A stretch of DNA of 64,000 bases from NCBI RefSeq assembly GCF_963676685.1, contig NC_092348.1:89652001-89716000 (forward strand), in the 5' to 3' direction. A model generated the notes under the pieces. It did no database searches. It was not told where the DNA came from and saw only the letters and a program-made list of their open reading frames with translations. The stretch's first letter is position 1. Every line of letters starts with the position of its first letter. Positions 34,501 to 49,500 of this stretch are shown piece after piece. This DNA is from Mytilus edulis. Its lineage: Eukaryota. A program made the position numbers and the translations under genes.

Positions 34501-37500
34501 TAAAGTTTACGGACGCCTTCACGAGTTGGTTCACAGTTGTGGAATATCTGTTATATAGATGATGTCGGATATGTTCCTTATGTCGTAACTACAATCCCTT
34601 CCCCTTTCCACGAATGTGACCTACCGAATTATACTTTTTACCTTTATTTATGACATTGTTACCTATTGTGTCTGTTTGTTTTGTTCACGCACCATTATCG
34701 ATGTTATTAAGCTTGATGCGACTGTTGTACAAGTGAGAGGTTTATCGCTATATAACCAGGTTCAATCCACCATTTTCTACATTTGACAATGCCTGTACCA
34801 AGTCAGGAATATGACAGTTGTTGTCCATTCGTTTGATGTGTTTTGTCATTTGATTTTGCCATGTGATTAGGGACTTTTCCCTGGAATTCAGTATTTTTGT
34901 GATGTTACTTTTTATAACCATACATAATATAATCTTCGAAACTAGATGTGTTTCCAATGGTGTAAGTGAAGTTTGTTTGGTTTGAATTTTAGAATACTTA
35001 CTAAACTTTTCATATTTGGTAGACTGGTCTGCGATTTGATGGAAGCGTTATAATTCATTACTGAGTCCAAAATAAAAACACCATGCGATTCCAGTAATTC
35101 AGCTGCTTGTCCATAGTTCTTAAATAACCAAGGTTCTAGCCATGAGTCGAGTAATAATTCACTGCCTTTGCAATCTTAAAGAAAAATGAAGTTTTGAGTT
35201 TATGAAAGTTTCAACATTCGTAACTTTTTAGAATGCGATGCTACATTAAAAAATAGTCTAGAGAAAAAAATATCAATAGATAAAATATTTATTATAAGGG
35301 ATTTATAATAACGAAAAATATATCAAAGATACCTGGCTTACAATTTTGAACGTCAAACAGGCATTTCATTTACCTATAACTTGTCTGTGTTGATCAAATC
35401 AAGATTGTTTATGTAATTAGTAAAGCATGAGATATGTGGTTGATAAACTGGGGGCAAAAAGTTTACTGTGGAATAACCAGTTTATAATCTGAAAAAATAA
35501 ATAACTCCTTCGTGCTTTTTTCCAAATCAGGAGAACATCCTTGGTTGTAGTAAAATCCAATTTACAACAGAGTTTACAATTTACAATAGAGTTTACAATT
35601 TACAACAGAGTTTTGCATTAAATTTGTATTATACCATGTATTCAGATATGTTAAATCAGAGAAAACAAGAGTAAACTAATAACATTAGTCATACTTTCTT
35701 CTTTCAGGTCAAAAGCAGCAAACATGATTGTATTTTTCCTTTTTGTCCCCTTCCTGTTCATTGTTGTTATTTGCCGGGCAACTTCCAACATGGCAACTAC
35801 ACCTGAGCCGTTGTCATCCACACCTTTCGGTAAAAAGAAGTAAAGTTAGAGTCGTATAAGAAATCATCATTGTTCGTTATTTCCTTAGTTGACCAAATTA
35901 CAGACAAACACTAGATTGATATGTAGATTTCAAAATATTTTTGTAGCAAGTCGGGAATATGACTTTGTTATCAACTTGCTCGATGTGTTTGAGCCTTTGA
36001 ATTTGCAAGTTGATTAAGGACATTCGGTTTTGAATTTTCCTCGGAGTTTGTCCTTTTTGTTAATTTACATTATTTTCATATTGTAGTAGACGGAATAAGA
36101 CATTTCTTTATACAATCTTCCATTGAGTTCAATATTTGATTCTGTTTTTGTGGATTTCCCTCCTTTTTTGAAAATACCTTGGAGTTCAATTGTTTTGTTT
36201 GTACCTTTTAGTGGCATCACCTTTCTTCAGCTATCACTTAAATTCATATTACTTGACTGTCCCTCTGATATTTTACGCCTCTCTTTCACAAAAAAGATAT
36301 AAAAGTTGAAATGATAAAATATGACATACCTTTTGTAGTGTTAACTGTATCATAATGAGCACCAATGGCTATCATCTTGTCATAAGCCGTACCGAAATGG
36401 CTACCTTTTAGCATACCAATAACCGTTGTAAAATTTGACTAAAATAATATTTAATATTAGAGATTTAGCATTCATTCGAAAGAAATGGTATGGATGGACA
36501 TATAAAACAAATAAAAAAACTTTAATGAAATATGCGCAAAACAATATATCAAATAAACAGCAGTTTAAACTTTTAAAGTTATCAGGCTTATAATTTAGTA
36601 CAGTAATCGCGCGTTGTCTTTTAGTTGAAAGGCTAAATGATATTCGAAGCTTAAGAACAATTAACCTCAAGAAGGTCTACAACGTTGACCCGAAGTGCTC
36701 GAAGGCAAATACAACATTAAGACGCCCCTAGCATCACCCTTTTATAATTTAGCTATTGCCGATGTATTTCTAATGCAGAATCACACATAAATAATAACTA
36801 TACCAGGAAACACCTGTACCAAATCAGGAATATGTTATCCATCCGTTTGATATGTTCGAGGTTTTGATTTTGACATTATGCTTACCCTTCCGAAGCACAT
36901 GATATCAACCCCAGTTTTGGTGGGGTTTGTGTTGTTGTTGTGCCCCTATTTTTGACATTTTTATCACACATTGGTATCAATATAATGGAATTTAATGCAA
37001 CTGTCTTACAAGTGGGAGGTTTAGCACTATCAAAACAGGATCAGTCCACCATTTTCTACATTTGAACATGCCTGTTCATAGTCAGGAATAAGACAGTTGT
37101 TGTCCATTCGTTTGATGTTCTTTATCATTTGCTAATGCCATTTGATTAGAGACTTTTCATTTTGAATTTTCCTCAGAGTTTAGTATTTTTGTAAAAAAAA
37201 ATAATATGCGAAGCCTTAACATCAATTCTCTGTAATAATGGACCAAATATGAAAAATTTTGGCCAGATTATTTTTTTTCGATTACTTTTTTTGAAGTTGA
37301 AATGGTCCAAACTAACAGTCAAATTAAAAGAAAATCAATAAAAAAAATCTGTATAGTCTGGTTGCCATGGAAACAACATGACATCATATGTATATATTAG
37401 TATAGCAAGGAAAAATGGCTAACATCGTATTTTATGGTAAAAATGAGATAAAGCATAACATTTTTTGTTATTTTCATGCGTATAAGAGAAGAATTCAATC

Positions 37501-40500
37501 ATTTAAACTGCTAAATGACAAATTTTTCGAATGAAAACAGTTTTTTGGTTCAAAAGGGTACAGAGACAACAAAAAACCGATTGATATTTAGTTTTAGATA
37601 CATGTCAAAATGACGTCCTTATTAGCCCTACTATAGCACTTATTCTAAATTCTTATTATCGAATTCCTTTCCATCTAGTTGATAAAGTACTGTCTGTCTA
37701 TTTGTTCATTATAACCATCTTACTCTTTCTTTCCTGTAATTTTTTATTTTCTTATTTTTACTTCAGTGGCTTTTTTTTACATAAATATATTGATGATAAG
37801 AAACAAGCTAAGAAGAATGGGTAAACATGTATCTTATTTTTGTATGAAAGAGTAATAATCAACTTATTAACTTTAACGAAAAGGACAACATTCAATAATG
37901 AATAAAAGTAGTTGGCGCTTATACGTTAACCGGACAATAAATGACACAAATAACTATACGACACATCATCTCCAGCCTGTATAAAAGTTGCTACTAAATT
38001 TACGATAATAACCAAAACATTAACGCCATTACCTGATAAAGTATCCGTTGCTAACGAAAAGAACAATACATTGTATTTGACTTTTCAACACACCGCGTGA
38101 CCGTTTTGAGGATATCAGTTTCAAATAAGAATATTTACTAAAATCAAAAAGAAGTCCTCAACCAAGGTTATCATATTTCAGGAACCAAATTGGCGATGCA
38201 AAGGCGTATACATTCTATTTTGAACTGTTTAGCCAAACAACACTAAATACAGATATTTGGATTCAATTAAGATTAAAGTCAAATGAAATTTCAAATTTAA
38301 AAAGAATGATGGATATGTTTTTTATAACTAAAGATTAAAGTCAAATGAAATTTCAAATTTATAAAGAATGATGGATATATTTTTCATAACTAAAAGGTTA
38401 GTTTCTGTTATAAAACTTATTTACATATATATTTTTTTCAAATGAAATTCTTTAATTTGTAATAATTTAGAAAAAAAACCTTTTTTTAATTGTTGGCCTC
38501 CTCGGAAAACAATTCGCCGATATGTTTTCCGTTTGCAGAAACCTCAGCGTGAACTTTCTCGTAAAAATCCGGTGATCGCAATACGCAAGTGCAAAGGGGA
38601 AAACAAACGTGGAAGAGAGAGTCAACAAACGTAAAAACCGCTCCGTCATCAAAATAAACTATTTCTTATTGTACATGCTATATAAAGGCAACAGTAGTAT
38701 ACCACTGTTCGAAATTCATAAATCGATTGAGAAAAAAAATCCGGCTTTCAAACTAAAACTGAGGGAAACACATCAAATATAAGAGGAGAGCTACGACACA
38801 TCAGAAACACAACATTCAAATGAAACACACACAGAAACGAACTATAATATATCAATGGCCATTTTCCTGACTTGGTACAGGACATTTTAAGAAAAATATG
38901 GTGGGTTGAACCTGGTTTTGTGGCAAACCAAACCTCCCGCTTTTATAGCAATGTTAAACATAACATTAAATTGACAACATTACATGACAGGACTACTGTA
39001 CAAATAAAAGGGAGAACACATAGGACAGAGAAACACACGAATAATAGTTGACAAAAAGTACCAATTTTAAAATTTAACACACCAGACGAGACTAAGACTA
39101 ACCATTGACGCTCAAATAAAAAAAAGCTCGAAAACCAAAACAAGTACAAAATTGAAGAGCATTGAGGATCAAAAGTTCCAAAGAGTTGTGCCTAATACGG
39201 CTAGGGTTTTCTGCATAGAATACGAACACCCTTACTATTTGAATAATTCATACTTTTGCAAACAGAAATTTTTTATAAAATGACTATATGATAGATATAC
39301 ATGATAAAACCGGTGTTGACTAACTACGGAGGGAAAACGGATAATAAAACATCCTAAGCCAGTACATAAAAATTCCCAGCCGAGTTAGCCAAAGCGATAA
39401 ACGCACAATGTGAACTGGGTGGTTAATTATCTTTACCATAACACACGAATACAACAGAAAAAAATAAGATTTACAACTACAAACAATACGAAAATTGACA
39501 AAATCCGATGAGAATAACAAATATAACATCAGAACTAAATACTAGTACATGCATTTTGGATAGACAAGTACTGTGACACGTCTTATGGCATTGCGAATTC
39601 ACACTCAGCAAAACAGTCACAATCGGGAATAACTCACGTTCGACAACTAAAAGATCAGACGTCGAAATGACAAACCACAATCTAACATGTGCAAATGTCC
39701 GTATTTAGTTTGGACAAAGACACATCGTATGGATCAACAAATTCGTGATGGTGTCCGTAAAATTATCATTTTTAATCTGTCCTCCTCATAACTTTGTTGG
39801 AGCAGTTTCTGCGTTAGGACCCACTCATGTATATGAAGTCCGTATAGTGTAAACATGCATGAACATAGCGTATGAATTGAGATATGTAAACATCATACGA
39901 AGGTGCAGAGGGTATGTTACTGCTGAGAAATGGGAAACTGATAATTGGGAAGTTGAAATCGTCCCGTTTATCATAGATTTTTGTGTGAAGTCGTCCATCT
40001 GTGTCGATATTGAGGAAAAGATCAAGGTATACAGCAGTCCTTCTAGTATTAGTAGTATCCTTAATTTCAAGTTCACAGGGATATATGAGATGTAAGTTTT
40101 GACTGAAATATTTGTTATTTAATGATAGGACATCATCAATATATCTGAAAGTAAAATTAAAGAATTTGGCAAGGTGCTTTTTCTTTTTGTCTTTAAGAAG
40201 GTTCTGAACGAATTCTGCTTCATACGAGTACAAAAACAAATCGACCAGTAGGAGTGCACTATTAGTACCCATTGGAATACCGACTGTTTGTTGAAATATA
40301 AATCCTCCAAACTCAATAAAGGAGTAGGTCCGGGAAGGACCGATTTTGGCCTCAAATTTCTGACGAAAGATTTTGACCACTTTTTAAACATTTAAATGTC
40401 TATTTTATTTGAATTAATTAGTTTATGTGAAAGATTTTAACAGATTTAGTCATTAAAAACGATCCGATTCAAGCTCAAATATGACACACGTTTCATATGA

Positions 40501-43291
40501 CTTTAGATTCGCATAATGAAAGTCTCTAAAAATCCCGACAATGATTTAGTTCATAAGCTATGATGAACTTAACAAAGATACCATATGATTAAAATAGTGT
40601 ACGTTAGACGCGTAATCTACAAACAACTCATTAGTGACGCTCGTATAGAGAAAAAAACGAAGAAAGGTCGAATAATGTACGATCATGAAGAACATGTCCC
40701 AAAATTCCGAAAGATTTTACTAAATAAAGGAAAAGTAATCTATTCTTATGAGAGAAACACATAGAAACAGAGTATGCGATAGAAGACCTTTCGTGAGGGA
40801 TGAAAATGTTATGCCCTACGTGACTTTAGTCTATTCCAAATAGACATATAATGTTGCAGTACTCCCCTTAGTTTAGAAATAGCGACATCTATCTTAAGCA
40901 TCCATCATATTTTTGTTCGCACTGGATGCTGTATAAATAAAAAATTAAGGCTAACAACAACTTATAGTCCAGTTATTACATTAATTTCTACTATTCATAT
41001 AAAATAGTTGAATTATTCAACCACACCACTAACCTTTGTAGATACAGGAGGTAAGCTAAATTCAAAGTACTCGGCAACCAATCCGAAGGACGAAAATTCT
41101 TTGTAAACATAATCTCTGGCGGCCATTTTGTAACGGTTGTTTATAGCATGATGACGGGTATCAGAGAAATATTTTTTTATTGATGACTCGATATAATCCA
41201 AGTCTGCAGCTTCCACAGATATCCCTTCGAAAAAAGAAGAATCATTACATTTTAGTAAAACGCCGTTTTTGCTGCGTTCCAAGGCCATTTCTCAATTAAA
41301 ATTCGACAGAAACATTCAGAGCTGTTGAGAAGTAACGATGCATGTGTTGTTTTTCTTTTTTCTTGATTCTCGAAGGAATCAGTTGTTGATACACTTGTAG
41401 TTGGTGTGGTCTGTCCTAATGACCATATTTTCATGATATTCTATTCTTCTTTGATGACATATGTATTGTTTACATTACCTAAAAAATCTCATCATAGGTA
41501 GCAGAATTGAAATTTTTATTTTGGCCAGACGCGCGTTTCTGCCTAATACAGCTAAAGCTAAGGTAATCTATTCCTGAGGTACAAAAGCCTTAGTATTTCA
41601 AAAATTCAAAGTTTTGTTAACAGTTAATTTATAATCATGAACATATCAATCAAGTTCATTAAAAGAGGGGCAAAATATACCAGGGGGACATTCCAACTCA
41701 TTAACTCCATGGCTAAAAAAAGACAAAAAGACAACATAAAAGACAAAGCAAGACGACTCCCCCCTTAAAAAAATAAATAAAAATAAAATGCGGATAATCT
41801 AAAGTGCTCCGAAAGGGTAAGTAGATCCTACTCCACATGTAGTACCCGTCTTGTTGCTTATTTAAGTACAAACCCGCAAATAAGTCTTATTCCGAAGGTC
41901 AAGTTCGTGTAAAGGGAACGGGATTTTAGATATTACATATTGATCATATCCGTGATTATCTGTGAAACTAATATTCAATAACGGTCGACCAAACTAGTGA
42001 TGGCGTCCATAAAACTTGAGAAGGTATGCTTTTAACTACACCATTTGGAACTCTTAGTGTAATAGCTCCCTTGTGAGCAGCAACCCTCTATCAAGGAAAT
42101 CATGATAGGAAATACCATAAAGAACAGTAGCTTAAAAGAGGGACGAAAGATACCAGAGGGAGATTCAAACTCATAGATTGAAAATAAACTGACAACGCAA
42201 TGGCAAAAAAATAAAAAGTCAAACAGACAATCAATTGTACTTAAACACAACATAGAAAACTAAAGACTTAGCAACACGAATCGCACCAAAAACTAGGGGT
42301 GATCTCAGGTGCTCCGGAAGGGTAAGCAGATCCTGCGTCACGTGTGGCACCCGTCGTGTTGCTTATGTTATTAAAACTTCGGTAAATAGTCTAATTCGGT
42401 AGGTAGCATTCGTGAAAAGGGAAGGGTATTGTAGTTACGACATAAGAAATATCCGATATCATCTGTCAAACGGCTGTTCCATAACGGTCAACCAACTCGT
42501 GATAGCGTCCGTAAAATTTACGAAGGGATGATTTCAACTTCACCATTTGGAACTCTTGGTTTAATAGCTTCCTTGTGAGTAGCAATCCTCTATAAAGGAA
42601 ATCATGACATCCACATAACATTAGAGGTATCTAACAAATTCCCACAGGACACTATTGATGTCTACTCACAATACACTAGTGATATCTAACTATAGTGTAG
42701 CAGTGATAAATACCCACAGTAAAGTAGTGATATTACTCACAAAACAGCAGAGCTGGTTCTCCTTAATGTAACAGTATTATCTACCCATATAACTATAAAA
42801 CAACAGCATTTTAACCCATGGTACATCAGTAATGTCAAATCACATAAGGTAAGAAAAGATCATGCTGTTGTGGTTGCGTTCAATTCATATCCAGACAGTC
42901 ACTGACATATGCTTAGATTCTAATTTAGGAAATAGTTCTATGTGTTACCCGACGGAATAAACTGCAAAACAGTATTGTGTTCTTTTAGTATGGTTTGCAG
43001 TGCCATATAGAACATACCCTGATTTAGAAAATGGAAAACAATTTTAAAATAGATTTGGAGCTTAATATCAATTCAATTTTAAAGCCCCAGATAAAGGCCA
43101 AAACAATTCAGAAGACATGCCTGAGCGCTCAAATCACCTCTGAATTTAAAAACAAATATGCATAAATCTATTTTCTAATCGAAAATAAGTGTTTTCTTTT
43201 AATTCTTTTTACCCTTAAATTAAAACAATTTAAAATACTCACATGAACACAGACAGTATAGGATAACATGCCTTCCACCAAAAGAAACCAT
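31576..43291 (-). CDS. M28-family zinc metallopeptidase paralog A (8 exons, ~389 aa, signal peptide, GPI-like tail)
   Basis: Exons 43291-43243, 41224-41034, 36438-36330 (GAHYDT), 35823-35695 (GVDDNGSG, FDLKEE), 35174-35002 (ILDSVMNY), 34042-33760 (SDHASFW), 32613-32467 (CYHSPCD), 31664-31576. All junctions are GT-AG and phase-compatible. Confidence 0.88.
38268..38393. repeat. Tandem duplication of about 62 bp, two copies
   Basis: AAGATTAAAGTCAAATGAAATTTCAAATTTA..ATAACTA occurs twice. Confidence 0.85.
39730..40325 (-). mobile_element. Penelope-like RT fragment in an intron of paralog A
   Basis: QTVGIPMGTN..LFLYSYE, FRYIDD, YDKRDDFNFPI. Confidence 0.85.
41660..42610 (-). mobile_element. Nested 3' fragments of the Penelope-like family seen at 30065-30900
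   Basis: Reverse-complement matches to 30370-30900, e.g. GATCTCAGGTGCTCCGGAAGGGTAAGCAGATCC and CACCATTTGGAACTCTT. Confidence 0.7.
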
Positions 43292-44501
43292 TTTAAAACA
43301 ATGAAGGCTGTATAATTTGATGCAAAATACGACATGATATCATTATCAAAGGACATGTTATAAAACCACTTGTTAACACTTCAGAGTTCAAGAATATAAT
43401 TAGTGAACGGAAAAGTAAGTACCATGGTACATTCTTAACCGATAATAATTTTTTTAATTAATCTCTTCGTTTAAATTTTTTAGGTCTCTGGGTGCATTTT
43501 GGAAAATGATATTTCTACGGCCGTTCCGTTTGATGTTTATATTTCCTAAATCTTTCACTGCAAAGCTGGTAAATTTTTAAGGTGATTTCATAACCATCAA
43601 TGTATTAAAACCTTTAGTAAATAAATTCTTTCACCGTTCAAGCAATTTGTTATTAAGTTTTTATGAAAAAGGTGTTTACGTTAATAAAGCCTGTAAATTA
43701 AGAATCGTTCCTCGTAAACTTATGAATACCATGAATAACGTGCATTTTTTTTTAACAATGACGAAAAACAGTCAAAAACGATAACCTTCATTATCTGCAG
43801 AATGTATCATCATTAAACCAAATGTTTGCTTCATGTATTTGAAACTTGCATCTCTTTGAAGTAACAATAGCGACACTACTAGACAGTATTGATTGATAAA
43901 AGGTTATTTGTCTAATTACTACCTTATTTGCATTTTTTTGATAAATTTTGTCAAAATAAGCTCAATAATTATCATCGTTTTTCAAGACATTACTTCGATG
44001 TCATTTTCATCTGTATTATTATCCCAGACAACATTGGTTCGTTGGCACAACGTTAGCCCAACGTATCAACATGCATAGGCCCAACGTTGTTGTTAAACGT
44101 TGGCCAAATATATTGGTGCAAAGCGGCCCTATGTTGGCCCATCGTGATAACTAAACATGAGCACAGCGTTGTAATTATACAATATATTGGCTGGAATGAT
44201 GGAAAAATACTTACCGATGCTGAACAAACGTTTGGGCAAACGTAGTAATACAAACTGTTAAAAAACGTTGGCAATCTGTTGTGGTTCAATCTGTAAACTT
44301 CTATTCATATGAAGGATACTAAATCCGTTCAGGGCAATGACTGCAATTCTCACATCAGTTCATGATGGCGAAAGTATTACAATTATTTCGTTTTACAGAT
44401 CCAGTATACCATGTTGTATCTTACACACTATCCGAAAATTTTGTATTTTGCCACTTTCTCTCCATCTTCCTGAACATGCATGACATATTTGCCAATGGAC
44501 G
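43073..44501 (-). repeat. Left arm of inverted duplication (upstream region and exon 1 of paralog A)
   Basis: Reverse complement of 45319-46506 at roughly 85-90% identity by eye; carries an extra ~256 bp (44037-44292). Confidence 0.92.
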
Positions 44502-45318
44502 ACAGGTGCCACATATGGAGCAGGAGCTGATTACCCTTCCGGAGCACCTTAGATCAGCCTAGTTTTTTGTAGGGTTCGTGTTGCTTATTCTTTAGTTTTC
44601 TATGTTGTGTCATGTGAACTATTGTTTGTCTGTTTGTCTTTTTCATTTGTAGCCATGGCGTTGTCATTTTTTTTTTTCGATTTTGGAATTTTAAATCATC
44701 AATGCTCTTCAACTTTGTACTTGTTTGGCTTTATAAATATTTTGATATGAGCGTCACTGATAAGTCTTATGAAGACGAAACGCGCTTCTGGCATACTAAA
44801 ATATAATCCTGGTACCTGTGAAAACTATTTATTACAGAGGCAGTGAAATAGGGATATGCTAAACAGGATAAAGGATTTAACATAATACGGAGCCAAAAAT
44901 ATTGACAAAACAAAGTGTAGCATAAAACAAAAGGAACACTATTGTGCATAAAAACCATGTTGGAATAGAGAACTATTTTTAGAAAAATAGCTGTATAAAA
45001 TAATGATGCCTTTATACAGAGCTTGGATATTGCAACTGAAGTAATATTATACAAATTGGATTAATGAATTATCATGAATAGACTTTATAATTTTCATTCT
45101 AGATCTGATTTAGCAATAAACCTATAGATACCAAAAAAGATTGTTTTAAACTTTGCTGGTTGTCTAACTAATAATAAATTATATTTAATCATACCTTTGT
45201 ATTAATATTATTTAAGAAAAATAGGTAACACAGATATGTTGATTGAATTCATTCAAATATGGGTAAAATTCAGAAGTACATATCCTGGGGGAGATTGATT
45301 GGTTGTTGGTTACTAAAA

Positions 45319-46506
45319 CGTCCATTGGCAAATATGTCATGCATGTTCAGGAAGATGGAGAGAAAGTGGCAAAATACAAAATTTTCGGATAGTGTGTAAG
45401 ATACAACATGGTATACTGGATCTTTAAAACGAAATAATTGTAATCCTTTCGCCATTTTGAACTGATGTAAGAATTGCGGTTCTTGGCCTGAAGGGATTTT
45501 AGTATACTTCATATGAATAGAAAAGTTTACCAATGTTGTGTGGGATAATAATACAGGTCAAAATGACATCGAATTAATGTCTTGAAAGATGATGATAATT
45601 ATTGAGCTTATTTTGACAAAATTTATCAAAAATAATGCAAATAAGGTAGTAATTTTTAGTTCGTTTTATTTGGCAAATAGCTGAAGACAAGTAACCTTTT
45701 ATCAATCAATACTGTCAAATAGTGTCGCTATTGTCACTTCAAAGAGATACAAGTTTTAAATACATGACGCAAATATTTGGTTTAATGCAGATAATGAAGG
45801 TTAACGTTTTTGACTGCTTTTCGTCAATGTTGAGAAAATGCACGTCAGGCATGGCATTCATAAGTTTGCGATGAACGATTCTAAATTTACAGGCTTTATA
45901 AACGTAAACACCTTTTTAATAAAAACTTGAAAACAAATTGCTTGACGGTGAAAGAATTTATTTCCTATAGTTTTTAATTCATTTATGGTTATGAAATCAC
46001 CATCTTAAAAATTTACCAGCTTTGCAGTGACCGATTTAGGAAATATAAACATCAAAAGGAACGGCCGTAGGAATATCATTTTCCAAAATGCACCCAGAGA
46101 TCTAAAAAATGTAAACGAAGAAATTAAGTAAAAAAATATTATCGCTTAAGAATGTATCATGGTACTTATTTTTCCGTTCACTAATTATATTCTTGAACTC
46201 TGAAGTGTTTACAAGTGGTTTTATAACATGTCCTTTGATAATGTTTTCATGTCGTATTTTGCATCAAATTGCCTTCAATGTTTTAAAATGGTTTCTTTTG
46301 ATGGAAGGCGTTTTATCATATACTGTCTGTGTTCATGTGAGTATTTTAAATTGTTTTAATTTAAGGGTAAAAAAAATTAAAAGAAAACACTTATTGTCGC
46401 GTAGAAAATAGATTAATGCATATTTGTTTTTAATTCAGAGCTAATTTGAGAAGCACAGGCATGTCTTCTGAATTGTTGTCGCCTTTATCTGAGACTTTAA
46501 AATTGA
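45319..46506 (+). repeat. Right arm of inverted duplication (upstream region and exon 1 of paralog B)
   Basis: Mirror ORF pairs in the track (43168-43356 vs 46193-46411; 44362-44562 vs 45270-45533) confirm the inversion. Confidence 0.92.
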
Positions 46507-49500
46507 CACGAACTTGAGTTTTCTTAAGATTTGAAAACACAGTTTACATTATAGCATTGATTATCTTGGAGTTGTATGTTTCAAAGCATTATTCCAAAAT
46601 TAGTGGTCTATATAAACTAGAGGCTCTAAAGAGCCTGTGTCGCTCACCTTGGTATATGTGAATATTAAACAAAAGAAACAGATGGATTCATGACAAAATT
46701 GTGTTTTGGTGATGGTGATGTGTTTTTACATCTTACTTTACTGAACATTCTTGCTGCTTACAATTATCTCTATCTATAATGAACTTGGCCCAATTAAAAT
46801 TGTTAAAAAATGACTATAAAGGACATTAACTCCTTAGGGGGTCAATTGACCATTTCAGTCATGTTGACTTATTTGTAAATCTTACTTTGCTGAACATTAT
46901 TGCTTTTTACAGGTTATCTCTTTCTATAATAGTATTCAAGATAATAAAATTTAGTAAAATTTAAAACACTATATGAGACAACTTATTGGTATTGAATATT
47001 GAATAAAATTATCATCTGTTCCTCTATATTCTTACATTTAGCACATAACCATGACATAAATATTATATTACAGTGCATTGCGTAGAGTCTGCTGATACAG
47101 TGTATATGGAGACCTCGATCCGGAATTGTTTTTCTAATACCAGGCACCACGATCCTGAATACAAAGAATATAAATATGCCGCAAAAGAGTATATTCATGG
47201 AGAATTCTTGAGACATGGACTAACTACTGAATACCATACATTTCAGGAACCATCTGTATCAAATACTGTAAGTTATAATATAAAGGTGCAATATCACCAT
47301 TTATTTTCCCCTATAAGTCTTGTTAAATTTGCACTTTTTCAAAAAATTGTGCACAATTTATCTTTGTTTCAAATAAAGATATACTTGGCGTTAATAAAGT
47401 GTTATCCTTTCTAGTACTATAGAAAAAATATCATATAACATTGCATTGCATAGAAAATAGCTACACTGAAAGTTAACCAATCAAATTTCCCTTTCTTTTA
47501 ACCTGTGTACTAGCTTTAGTAACCATGTAATCTCAAGTTTCCAAAATATTCTATAGAAACCCCAAATTTAAAAAAATAATGGTAATTTGAAATACCCCAG
47601 ATATATTTTTATGACTCAGAAATGTTTTACTGCTATAAAATGTAGGATCAATTCCTTAAACAACTGTCAAATGCAAGGGAATATTTTTTTCGACCTATTC
47701 TCGTATGCAACCGGATGAGACGTACTATGATTGCAGAAAAAGGAAGTAACGTCTATATTATAGATTATCGTTTCTCTGCTATACATGTTTAAATGTGGTT
47801 ATTCTCTACTCGAATAAATGGCATGCATTTAAGGATATATATCAATGATTCAACAAACAATAACAGGAGAGTATTTGTGTCCCCATATTCTTTACATCTG
47901 TAAAGTGCGATGGAGACGCTTAAACGCCATGGTCACGCTAAAGTGCGAACGTCTACTCTAAAGAACGATGGTTTGATACGCTAAAAAGCGATGGTCTGTG
48001 CTATTTAATGGATCACGCTTAAGTCCGATGCTTCAATACCAAAGTGCGTATTCCCGATAACAGTGGAAAGCAACAAGAATGATCAAGCGCATTACAGTAA
48101 AACAGCCGCTGTGTAAAAAACACTTTGAACGTTATATTTTACAGTAGTTCGGTAAAATAGATTAATAAATTCAAATAGTGTAAACTAATTGTTGCTTGTT
48201 GAACGTACAGTAGCAAATATCACATATGCATGACCATTTGATTATTGTTAATGAAACAATTTTAGCATTTCTACAATTTATGTTAAGGTTGCAAAATTAC
48301 GTTTAATTTAAGAGGAAAAAGTTTGAATGGCTCACTTGAACATTGTGAAATTATGTCTATTTTTGTACTTTCTTATTACAGCATTCCTTCATATATTTTT
48401 AACCATATGCTTCCTCATTTCTGTTAAAGATATGACTACACGTCAACTAGACAGAAACCTTACGACCTGAAGTAATGACGTGGAACCTTGGTCGTCGCCG
48501 CATAGCAAACTATATAGGGTCTATCAATGACAAGTGTAAAACACATTGCATGGACCCCCTTCCCGTTACACCAACATACTTTATAATGCTTCACAATCGC
48601 AATTCCGCGTATAATACTATCGTACTTTAGCGTTTGACACCATCCCACTTGAGAATATCATCGCACTTTAGAGTACTACATATCTATTGAATCTATCCGT
48701 ACTATTATTTACCAAACCGTCGTTAAGGTTGTTACTAAATTAAGGTATGTAAATGACTTTGAAAACATAATGATATGATATGGTAATAATCAGTTAAGGA
48801 ATATGTTGCTCAAAACACAATAACATGCTTTATCAAACTTAGTCAATATACCAAAATCTTTTATACATATGGAAATAAATACACACTATAATTTAAATCT
48901 CTTACACGCGTATATTCTTCAGCGCAATTAAAACTGTGAGTCTTTTGTGAACGAAAAGGTTATGGCTATAAGATAACTGTCGTTGAACATTGGAATGTGA
49001 AGGTCACATAAATACAATATGATAGCTAAATACTATATGCATATTTAGACGATTACTCTTAAATCTTTATATGTTTAAATTAAGTTAGATCATAAGATTT
49101 CTAAAAAAAAAAATTAAACAAAACATTTTCAAAAAGAGAGAATGTAATCTATCTAACATATCTAAGGCGACAAAATGCAATATTATGTCTTATTAGTAAA
49201 CAGTGATACAGATAAAATCCCAATTAATCAAACGACAAACAAATTATCACAAGATATACAAAGGTTGACACTCGTACAAGATCGGATAAAAATATGACGA
49301 TGCAGTATAATTGCAAATTGGGACAACTCTTCACCAGAGACAAGATGACATACAAATTAACATCTTTATGTCACTGCGCGTCCTTTCACAATGAGCAAAG
49401 CCCATATCCCACATTGAACCATAAAAGGCCCCGCAATGTCAAATGTAGAACGATACATACAAGTGACCTACTGACCTGATTTATCTACAAAACAATGGAG

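Noticed and set aside
41013-41434. ORF-track starts (MALERSK.., MKIWSLG..) as the N-terminus of paralog A
   Set aside because: A phase-1 acceptor at 41225 matches paralog B and joins the 49-nt signal exon at 43291, so the upstream codons are intronic.
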